Origin: an uncultured bacterium
GTDB taxonomy: Bacteria; Planctomycetota; Brocadiia; Brocadiales; Scalinduaceae
Reading direction: 5' to 3'
Length of the DNA: 14,433 bases
NCBI GenBank assembly: GCA_964010955.1
Contig: CAXGMX010000023.1
Location: 1 to 14,433 of the forward strand
The notes under the pieces are model-generated. The model did no database searches. It was not told the DNA's origin and saw nothing but the letters and a program-made list of their open reading frames with translations. The number at the start of each line of letters is the position of its first letter. Positions within the stretch are counted from its first letter, which is position 1. Position numbers and translations under genes: made by a program. Shown here one piece after another: positions 7,835 through 14,433 of this stretch.

Positions 7835-8749
7835 ATGGCGAAAACTGCTTTTTTATTTGCAGGACAAGGTTCACAATACATTGGAATGGGTAAAGATATT
7901 TACTCACAATCCAAAGAAGCGAAAGAAGTATATGACAGAGCAAACGAAACATTGGGTTTTGATTTGTCAGGCATATGTTTTGATGGTAAGCAGGAAGAGC
8001 TTAACAAGACCTCAATCTGTCAGCCGGCAGTTATGGTTACTAGCATAGCATTATTAAGAGCTTTTAAAGAGCGTAATAATGGAAACATATCATGCCATGT
8101 AACGGCCGGGTTAAGTTTGGGAGAGTATACTGCGCTTGTCTTTGCAAATTCTATATCATTCGAGGAGGCTTTAAGTCTTGTCTATAAGCGCGGACAGTTC
8201 ATGCAGGAAGCCTGCGACAAGGAAAAGGGGGCTATGGCCTCTATAATTGGATTAGTAGAATCAGAAGTTGAAGAGATATGCAGTGAGGCAAAAAAGTATG
8301 GAGAAGTTTGTGCGGCAAATTATAATACTCCAAAACAAATAGTTATTTCAGGGAAAGAAGAAGCTGTTAAAGAAGCAATGTCTCTTGCTAAGGAAAAAGG
8401 TGCAAGAGCTGTAATCCCGTTAAAGGTTAGTGGTGCATTCCATTCTCCTTTAATGAGTATGGCAAGCAGCAGACTTTCAGAGGAGATCGAAAGTACAGAG
8501 ATTTCCAGGTGCGACATGCCAGTTATGGCAAATGTATGTGCAGAGTACATAAACGAACCTGATGAAATAAGAAGTTCTCTTGTAAAACAGCTTGACAATC
8601 CTGTTAGATGGAGTCAGTCTATGCAGAATCTTATAGCTGATGGTACAGAAGAATTTTATGAAATTGGGCCCGGGAAGGTACTTGCAGGTATATTAAAAAA
8701 AATAGATCCTACAAAAAAACCAGAAGTATTAATGATTTTGATTCTTTAG
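7835..8749 (+). CDS. fabD: Malonyl-CoA:ACP transacylase
   Basis: The 304-aa ORF has FAGQGSQ, the nucleophile elbow AGLSLGEYTAL, VSGAFHSPLM and GPGKVLAG. Its ATG lies 1 nt after the fabH stop. The last roughly 10 residues (PEVLMILIL*) look atypical (see findings). Confidence 0.9.
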   Translation: MAKTAFLFAGQGSQYIGMGKDIYSQSKEAKEVYDRANETLGFDLSGICFDGKQEELNKTSICQPAVMVTSIALLRAFKERNNGNISCHVTAGLSLGEYTALVFANSISFEEALSLVYKRGQFMQEACDKEKGAMASIIGLVESEVEEICSEAKKYGEVCAANYNTPKQIVISGKEEAVKEAMSLAKEKGARAVIPLKVSGAFHSPLMSMASSRLSEEIESTEISRCDMPVMANVCAEYINEPDEIRSSLVKQLDNPVRWSQSMQNLIADGTEEFYEIGPGKVLAGILKKIDPTKKPEVLMILIL

Positions 8750-8795
8750 TGAAAAATTGAATAAACCGGAAACTTTGACTTAAGGAGGAAAGGTC

Positions 8796-9038
8796 TTGTC
8801 TACAGAACCATCAATAGAAGAAAAAGTAAATGAAATAATTGTAAAGCAAATGGGCGTAAATAAGGAACAGGTCAAACCTGAAACATCGTTCATAAACGAT
8901 TTGGGTGCAGACTCACTTGATACGGTGGAACTCGTGATGGAACTGGAAGATGCATTTGATATTAATATTCCAGATGAAGACGCAGAAAAGATTCAAACGG
9001 TAGGGGATGCAATAAACTACATTAAGGAGCACAAGTAG
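8796..9038 (+). CDS. acpP: Acyl carrier protein
   Basis: The 80-aa ORF has the phosphopantetheine attachment motif [16 protein letters not shown]. The start is TTG at 8796, 7 nt downstream of a strong SD AAGGAGG (8782-8788). The first in-frame ATG would remove helix 1. Confidence 0.92.
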   Translation: MSTEPSIEEKVNEIIVKQMGVNKEQVKPETSFINDLGADSLDTVELVMELEDAFDINIPDEDAEKIQTVGDAINYIKEHK

Positions 9039-9043
9039 AAACG

Positions 9044-10285
9044 ATGGGGCGTCGGGTAGCAGTTACTGGTCTTGGTGCAATAACCCCGGTAGGTCATGAG
9101 AAAGACCAACTTTGGGAATCGTTATGTAATGGGGAAAGTGGAATTTCTAACATAACGTCTTTTGACACAACAGGTCAGGATGTGTTAATTGCAGGAGAGG
9201 CATCGGATTTTGATCCAGGTAAATGGTTCGACAAGAAGGAAGAAAGAAGACTAGACAGATTTACTCAATTTGCTGTAGCTTCTGCAGCGCTTGCTATTGA
9301 AGATTCCGGACTTGACCTTGATAAGGTGGATAAGCGTAAGGCAGGCTCGATTATCGGTACCGGTATCGGTGGTATTATTGAGATTGAGGCACAGCATAAG
9401 GTTTTACTCGAAAGAGGCCCATCAAGAGTCTCGCCGTTTATGATTACCAAATTAATGGCCAATGCCGCACCGGGATACATCGCCATTAAATTCGGTCTTC
9501 AAGCCGCAAACTTTTCCATTATAACTGCATGCGCATCCGGTGCACACGCTATTGTTGAAGCTTTCCGGGTTGTTCAGAGTGGGGAAGCAGATATAATGGT
9601 TGCAGGTGGTACTGAGGCAACTATTACACCACTCTGCGTAAGTGCATTTAATAATATGAAGGCATTGTCCACAAGAAATGATGAACCTCTGAAGGCGAGC
9701 AGGCCTTTTGATAAAGATAGAGACGGATTCATAATTTCGGAAGGTTCAGGTATTATAATCCTGGAGGAAATGGAAAATGCAAAAAAAAGAGGTGCAAATA
9801 TTTATGCAGAGATGCTCGGATTTGGTATGAGTGATGATGCGCATCACATCACGGCTCCGCACCCTGAAGGCGCCGGTGCATATATTGCAATGGAAAATGC
9901 ATTAAAAAGTTCCAGGCTAAACCCTGAACAAATATCTTACATTAACGCACATGCGACATCTACTCCACTGGGAGACATGATTGAAATCAATTCTATCAAG
10001 AAAGTCTTTGGCGAACATGTAAAAAAATTATCAGTTAGTTCAACAAAATCCATGTTGGGACACCAATTAGGGGCATCAGGTGGTGTTGAGGCGTTGATAT
10101 GTTCGCTGATAGTGGGCAAAGGAGTTATACCACCTACGATAAACTATGAAACACCGGATCCAAACTGTAACGGTATGGACTTTGTGCCTAATGAAGCGAA
10201 GGAAAGAAACATAGAGAATGTGATGTCCAATTCTTTCGGTTTTGGCGGGCACAATGTAAGCATTATATTGGGAAAGGTTCGCTGA
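9044..10285 (+). CDS. fabF: 3-oxoacyl-ACP synthase II (KAS II)
   Basis: The 413-aa ORF has catalytic Cys in ITACASGAHAI, His in NAHATSTPLGD and His in SMLGHQLGASG, and ends FGFGGHNVSIILGK. It lies directly downstream of acpP. Confidence 0.93.
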   Translation: MGRRVAVTGLGAITPVGHEKDQLWESLCNGESGISNITSFDTTGQDVLIAGEASDFDPGKWFDKKEERRLDRFTQFAVASAALAIEDSGLDLDKVDKRKAGSIIGTGIGGIIEIEAQHKVLLERGPSRVSPFMITKLMANAAPGYIAIKFGLQAANFSIITACASGAHAIVEAFRVVQSGEADIMVAGGTEATITPLCVSAFNNMKALSTRNDEPLKASRPFDKDRDGFIISEGSGIIILEEMENAKKRGANIYAEMLGFGMSDDAHHITAPHPEGAGAYIAMENALKSSRLNPEQISYINAHATSTPLGDMIEINSIKKVFGEHVKKLSVSSTKSMLGHQLGASGGVEALICSLIVGKGVIPPTINYETPDPNCNGMDFVPNEAKERNIENVMSNSFGFGGHNVSIILGKVR

Positions 10286-10317
10286 TATCTGCTATCTGAA
10301 ACTATTGTATTAAGAAG

Positions 10318-11886
10318 TTATCGTACGAAGTCGTATTTGCCGTTATAAACAATAATGTGTTTTTTCCAATGTTTATCATCTGTGTCAGGATGATCCAGTC
10401 TGTAGTGTACACCCCTTGATTCACATCTCCTGTACGCTGAGCTGGAAATTAAGATTGATACTGTAAGCATATTTTGTACTTCCCAGCCAAGTGGTGATGA
10501 GAATTCGTTGCTGATTATATATTCTGACCAATGTTTAATATTCTTGATTGCTTCTTTAAGGTACTTGCCATCTCTTTCGATACCAACACTCCTCCACATT
10601 AAGCTTTTTAAAGAATGCTTTAGGTCTTCTAAATCCAGTTCGCTATATAAATGACCCTTTGAAGGTTCTTTGAAGGAACGTGGAGACAAGCCTTCTTTCT
10701 TTTCTTCCAGTTCCTTACCAGCCATATTACCGGTTCTATAACCAAATACAAGGCCTTCAAGTAATGAATTGCTGCCTAAGCGGTTTGCCCCATGTAAACC
10801 TGTACAAGACACTTCTCCACACGCATAGAGATTTTTCATGCTTGTTCTGCCATTCTGATCAACCTTAACACCACCTATCGTATAATGAGCGCTTGGGTGT
10901 ACGGGAATTAATTGCCTTGTTATGTCAATACCAAAGGATGCACATAATTTCTTTATCTTTGGGAACCTGGTCCCGAGTTTTTCTTTTGAAATGTGCCTTA
11001 CATCCAGATATACATGTGTATGGTCAGTTCTGCGTATCTCATGCACAATGCTCCTGCTGACTATATCTCTTGGTGCCAGTTCGGCGCTGGGATGATATTT
11101 TGACATGAACAATTCACCGTTTTTGTTCCTCAATACACCTCCTTCTCCGCGAACCGTTTCTGAAATCAAGACTCTTTCGGTACCGGCAACATATAATGTT
11201 GTTGGGTGGAATTGTACAAACTCAAGGTCCTGAAGCTTAACCCCGGCCCTGTAGGCCATTGCAATTCCATCTCCGGTTGCAACTTCAGGATTTGTCGTTT
11301 CTCTATAAACCTGGCCGCAACCTCCGGAAGCCAGAATAGTTTGTTTCGCCCATATCAATAATTTCCCTTCCTGGCTACGCCATGCTATAATTCCGTCGCA
11401 TGTATTCTTACTCACCAGCAGATCAAGGGCAAAAGTATGTTCAAAAACCCTGATTTGAGGATTTTTCTTAACCATATTTATCAGGGTTTCTTCAATTTCT
11501 TTACCTGTAGAGTCCCCTCTAGCCCGTAATATTCTTGGGTGGCTGTGCCCTCCCTCCTTTGTGAAGGCTAAATTTCCGTTTTCCTTATCAAATTTAGTGC
11601 CCCAGCTTATTAACTCTTTTACACGTTTCGGGCCCTCTCTGATTACGCTGCTGACGACTGTATCGTTACAAATGCCCTGACCGGTACTTAGAGTGTCGTC
11701 AATGTGACTCTTATAACTATCACCAATGTTTAATTTTGCAGCAATCCCTCCTTGCGCATGCTCAGTGCAATTTTCATTTATTTCAGTCTTTGTTACTACC
11801 AGGACTGATCCGCACTTTGCTGCATGGATAGCAGCGCTTAATCCAGCAACCCCGCTTCCTATTATAAGCGTATCTAGTAAAAACAT
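10318..11886 (-). CDS. nadB: L-aspartate oxidase
   Basis: The 522-aa ORF has the N-terminal FAD fold LIIGSGVAGLSAA, then HAQGGIAA, FVQFHPT, HYTIGGV and GANRLGSNSLLEG, matching the NadB branch of the succinate dehydrogenase/fumarate reductase flavoprotein family. No nadA or nadC lies nearby. Confidence 0.88.
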   Translation of the reverse strand: MFLLDTLIIGSGVAGLSAAIHAAKCGSVLVVTKTEINENCTEHAQGGIAAKLNIGDSYKSHIDDTLSTGQGICNDTVVSSVIREGPKRVKELISWGTKFDKENGNLAFTKEGGHSHPRILRARGDSTGKEIEETLINMVKKNPQIRVFEHTFALDLLVSKNTCDGIIAWRSQEGKLLIWAKQTILASGGCGQVYRETTNPEVATGDGIAMAYRAGVKLQDLEFVQFHPTTLYVAGTERVLISETVRGEGGVLRNKNGELFMSKYHPSAELAPRDIVSRSIVHEIRRTDHTHVYLDVRHISKEKLGTRFPKIKKLCASFGIDITRQLIPVHPSAHYTIGGVKVDQNGRTSMKNLYACGEVSCTGLHGANRLGSNSLLEGLVFGYRTGNMAGKELEEKKEGLSPRSFKEPSKGHLYSELDLEDLKHSLKSLMWRSVGIERDGKYLKEAIKNIKHWSEYIISNEFSSPLGWEVQNMLTVSILISSSAYRRCESRGVHYRLDHPDTDDKHWKKHIIVYNGKYDFVR

Positions 11887-12140
11887 GTTGAAGTCGTTTT
11901 GCTGTCAAATGATACCTGATATCTCTTAAATATATTTTCCCTTGTCATTGTCTACAAATATTGTTAAGTTATAGAGCAATTAAGCATTAGTTAAATTGTA
12001 TATTTGTAATATGGCATTGTACAAAAAATAATGTCGGTTATAGGGCAAGCGCCTTGTATTGACTTGTTTACTGTTACACATTCTATACAAATTTAAGCGG
12101 GGTAAATATTTGTAATTTAAAAAAAAGGGAGGGGAGTAAA

Positions 12141-12539
12141 ATGGGAGCAACTGTAGATGGTTTTAAAGCAACACACCAGGCAGCAGCAGGTTTATTAGGG
12201 CAAATTGATTCTCAGAGCGGACAAGAAAGAGCTGATACTCTTAATAGTTTAAAAGACGCGCTATTAGCACATGTTGGAGAAGAAAATAGCGTTATAACAG
12301 AAGCAATTGGGAAGTCAGATGATGAGTCATTTAAGTCGTCAGGACAGTCATTTATAGATGAACTCGGTAAGATTGCAGAGACTGCATTATTGCCATTCTT
12401 CGGTAAATATTCATCAGCTGAAGCAGTAGACAGTGATGATTTTGCAAATGATTTCGGTGGTATAAAAGGCGCACTTGCAGACAGGATTGCATTTGAGGAA
12501 GGAAAGTTTTATCCAGAGCTTGAAAAGCTGGGTTATTGA
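12141..12539 (+). CDS. Hypothetical acidic protein, possibly a degenerate hemerythrin-like (HHE) domain
   Basis: The 132-aa ORF follows a very strong SD GGGAGGGGAG (12127-12136). The first half fits a hemerythrin-like pattern (FKATHQ...LKDALLAHVGEEN). The second half keeps RIAFEEGKFYPELEK but has R where the His ligand would be. I assigned this by eye only. Confidence 0.35.
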   Translation: MGATVDGFKATHQAAAGLLGQIDSQSGQERADTLNSLKDALLAHVGEENSVITEAIGKSDDESFKSSGQSFIDELGKIAETALLPFFGKYSSAEAVDSDDFANDFGGIKGALADRIAFEEGKFYPELEKLGY

Positions 12540-12577
12540 GATATACAAGTAGCACTGATTATGCATCAATTAAGCGT

Positions 12578-13009
12578 TTACCCCGCTTTAATTGTTGTAA
12601 TGAGATGCTTAACTTTTTCTAATATATTCTGACGGACCTTTCTGAATACCTTCATCATTTCCTCTTCCGTGCCTGAAGTAGAGGCGGGATCTTCAATGCT
12701 CCAGTGTAGGGCTCTATACTTTCCGGGAAAAACGGGACAAAGCTCCTTCGCACTATCACATACAGTAATTACATAAGAGAATTCCTGGCCTAAAAACTCG
12801 TTCACTGTTATAGAATATTGATTTGTAATGTCTATATCTAATTCTGCCATCGCTTTGGTAGCGAGCGGGTGAACGTATGACGGTCTCAATCCGGCACTGT
12901 AGACTTCAAATTCACCATTTCCGTAATGTTTTAGCAGCCCTTCTGCCATCTGACTACGGCATGAGTTTCCCGTACACACAAATAATACTTTTGGTATACC
13001 CTGCATCAT
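12578..13009 (-). CDS. arsC: Arsenate reductase, thioredoxin-coupled LMW-PTP family
   Basis: The 143-aa ORF has the P-loop VLFVCTGNSCRSQMAEG plus the downstream Cys pair in VITVCDSAKELCPVFPG and HWSIEDPA. This is the Cys10/Cys82/Cys89-type pattern of Bacillus/Staphylococcus ArsC rather than a generic phosphotyrosine phosphatase. No arsR or arsB/acr3 lies adjacent. Confidence 0.8.
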   Translation of the reverse strand: MMQGIPKVLFVCTGNSCRSQMAEGLLKHYGNGEFEVYSAGLRPSYVHPLATKAMAELDIDITNQYSITVNEFLGQEFSYVITVCDSAKELCPVFPGKYRALHWSIEDPASTSGTEEEMMKVFRKVRQNILEKVKHLITTIKAG

Positions 13010-13014
13010 TTTAG

Positions 13015-13266
13015 TTATCGTCCCTCTTTTTTTAATGAAAAGGTTTGAGATTTATTATTCTTCCTTTCAAATAAATCAGAATAATTTGCTCCTTGACTGG
13101 TATTTGCAAAAGGAAACTTTAAAGTATTTGTCCCTTCATAACTTCTAAAAGGATTTGGCTCGTTAGACCAATCTAGATAACCTGATGAGCTTGCTGGGCG
13201 ATTCGGAAGGTGTTTTATTCTCTCGTGATATTCAATCACACTCTGCGAATGATTCTTTGTATTCAC
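13015..13266 (-). pseudogene. N-terminal fragment (83 codons) of a SagB/ThcOx-type nitroreductase-family gene
   Basis: The GTG-initiated ORF reads ...VIEYHERIKHLPNRPASSSGYLDWSNEPNPFRSYEGTNTLKFP.... This matches the characteristic N-terminal YHExTKH...LDWxxxPxPFKxY stretch of SagB-type dehydrogenase/nitroreductase proteins. Those proteins are normally 200 aa or longer. Here the frame stops 5 nt before the arsC start codon and no continuation exists in any frame. Confidence 0.5.
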
Positions 13267-13359
13267 TCTGTAATCTCAGCGATAGGCTTATTTTTATGAA
13301 ACAATCCAATAAATGTTCGTTACCAACTGCCATAATCAGGAGAAACCATATCATTTGAT

Positions 13360-14433
13360 TTAAAGATAACACTTAAGAGCATGGTAATGTAGAAAAAGTA
13401 CTTTGTTGTTCAGCTTGTCAAGCATCTCCTTTGCTCCGGTATCTTTTTTATTGTCATGACTGAAATATGTTGCCAGGAGGAGTGAGATAGTGATTCCAGT
13501 CATTGCAAAAAAACCTGCTATGATAACAAGGACAGAACCTATCTTCGTGTAGACCGCAATCGTAATTCCAATGATGATTACGGCATTTACTATGGCATCC
13601 ACTACTATGTCCAGCTTTTCTGCCAAATTCAGTGCCCATCTGCTTTAGCCTTGCAACCTCGCCGTCACATTGGTCAAACATGGTAGATGGGAAATATAAC
13701 TAACCGGCCGTTATGGTATAGGTGTATTCTCCAAGGGAAAAGAAAACCCCTGAAATAATGCCTAATATCAAGCTTATGATCGTAACCTGGTTTGGTGTGA
13801 CTGGCGTTCTTATGAGAAATCCGGAAATAAACCCTGATATCTTGCGGATTATATATCTGTCAATAATAGGGCTATCTGAGTAGGAGGCAGATGGTTGATC
13901 AATTTTTTTTCGTCTTCTGTTTGCATTTTCTAATCTTGGCAGGATTTCTCTTCCGGCTCTTTCTATATCCTCTTCAAAATCAATTTCAATCCATGGCAGA
14001 TCTTCTACTCTTTCAAAACCAATCGTGCAATGCGAAAGCAACTCGTGTAAAGAGTCTTCATATTCAACATTAACTTTTCCTGCCTGCTCAAATTCTTCAA
14101 GTATAGTTTTAAGTTTGTGGCAATCATTTGCCGCAAGTTTCAGAAATCCTACGCCTTCGCCCTTAAAATCACAATTCATAAGAAGAAACTTTGGAGATTC
14201 CGATTACTTTATCGCCTTTTACAAATAACATCATCTCTTCGCCGGTATCTTCGCTAGTTTTCATCCAGCAGGAAACAACTTTTGTTACTTGATTCAGCTA
14301 ACTTTATGAGTAACTTGTCGTGATACAATACATCGGCATCCATAATCAGCACGTCATCATTCAACTCATTTCTGGCATACCACAGGGATAGGATACTGCC
14401 CTTCGTATATTGTTCGTTTTCTATATATTTTAT
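13360..14433 (-). pseudogene. Disrupted fusion gene: NTP-transferase (cytidylyltransferase-like) domain plus CDP-alcohol phosphatidyltransferase domain; 5' end beyond window
   Basis: The minus-strand pieces are as follows. 14433-14254: IKYIENEQYTKGSILSLWYARNELNDDVLIMDADVLYHDKLLIKLAESSNKSCFLLDEN*. +1 frame, 14258-14169: TSEDTGEEMMLFVKGDKVIGISKVSSYEL*. A further +1 shift gives ORF 14179-13700: ..CDFKGEGVGFLKL...LPWIEIDFEEDIERA... followed by the first TM helices. An in-frame TAG at 13700-13702 then leads, in the same frame, to FDQCDGEVARLKQMGTEFG. A +1 shift near the A4 run (13616-13619) gives LDIVVDAIV. Together these complete the CDP-alcohol PT motif DGxxARx8GxxxDxxxD. A possible further shift would extend the gene to a TAA at 13321-13323. 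Confidence 0.7.

Noticed and set aside
11954-12116. Three copies of ATATTTGT (12000-12010 and 12106-12116 direct as ATATTTGTAAT; 11954-11961 inverted) in the nadB/132-aa-gene intergenic region, plus TTGACT (12059-12064) as a possible -35
   Set aside because: Short AT-only words are expected by chance in this composition. No convincing -10 lies at proper spacing, and the sequence does not match any operator consensus I know.
13009-13033. Adding one A to the 7-nt run (a T7 run on the plus strand, 13027-13033) would fuse the SagB-like fragment in frame to arsC
   Set aside because: There is a one-in-three chance of this frame coincidence. A nitroreductase-N-terminus/ArsC fusion makes no domain sense, and arsC has its own SD and start.
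13700-13702. In-frame TAG within the CDP-alcohol PT gene, considered as programmed recoding (pyrrolysine or readthrough)
   Set aside because: The same gene carries several frameshifts, and there is no sign of Pyl machinery in the window. A nonsense mutation in a pseudogene is the simpler reading.
817-14228. All remaining track ORFs (for example 817..1344+, 962..1186+, 1305..1664+, 2014..2202+, 2233..2445-, 2627..2920-, 3097..3426+, 3209..3527-, 3846..4703-, 5974..6641-, 6828..7094-, 7611..7952-, 7827..8048+, 8320..8598-, 9265..9486-, 9937..10119-, 10680..10868+, 11726..11929+, 12352..12555-, 13891..14228+)
   Set aside because: Each lies antisense to, or out of frame within, a gene with an unambiguous family signature. 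Their products are low-complexity or Ser/Leu/Ile-rich shadow translations with no motifs.

Overview
This is an AT-rich bacterial chromosomal segment made up almost entirely of housekeeping genes. Minus strand: tRNA-Gln(UUG) with its own intrinsic terminator, ilvD, nadB, a thioredoxin-type arsC, an 83-codon N-terminal remnant of a SagB/nitroreductase-family gene, and a multiply disrupted NTP-transferase/CDP-alcohol-phosphatidyltransferase fusion gene that runs off the right edge. Plus strand: alaS, an rpmF-plsX-fabH-fabD-acpP-fabF lipid/fatty-acid operon that lacks fabG, and an orphan acidic 132-aa protein with a degenerate hemerythrin-like pattern. I found no CRISPR array, transposase, integrase, toxin-antitoxin pair or defence-type gene set, and I do not think the window holds a novel multi-gene system. 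Five things deserve a second look. (1) rpmF (bL32) has its frame broken at an A6 tract, which splits the two CxxC zinc knuckles between frames. (2) A 90-nt purine/pyrimidine hairpin with a U-rich tail lies between alaS and the rpmF Shine-Dalgarno (SD). (3) The fabD 3' end appears to have left its ancestral frame at an A7 tract. (4) The right end (13015-14433) is a decaying locus with one truncated and one multiply disrupted gene. (5) About 600 bp downstream of the tRNA is unexplained non-coding DNA. All protein assignments come from reading motifs by eye, with no database search, and I cannot assign a lineage from this window alone.
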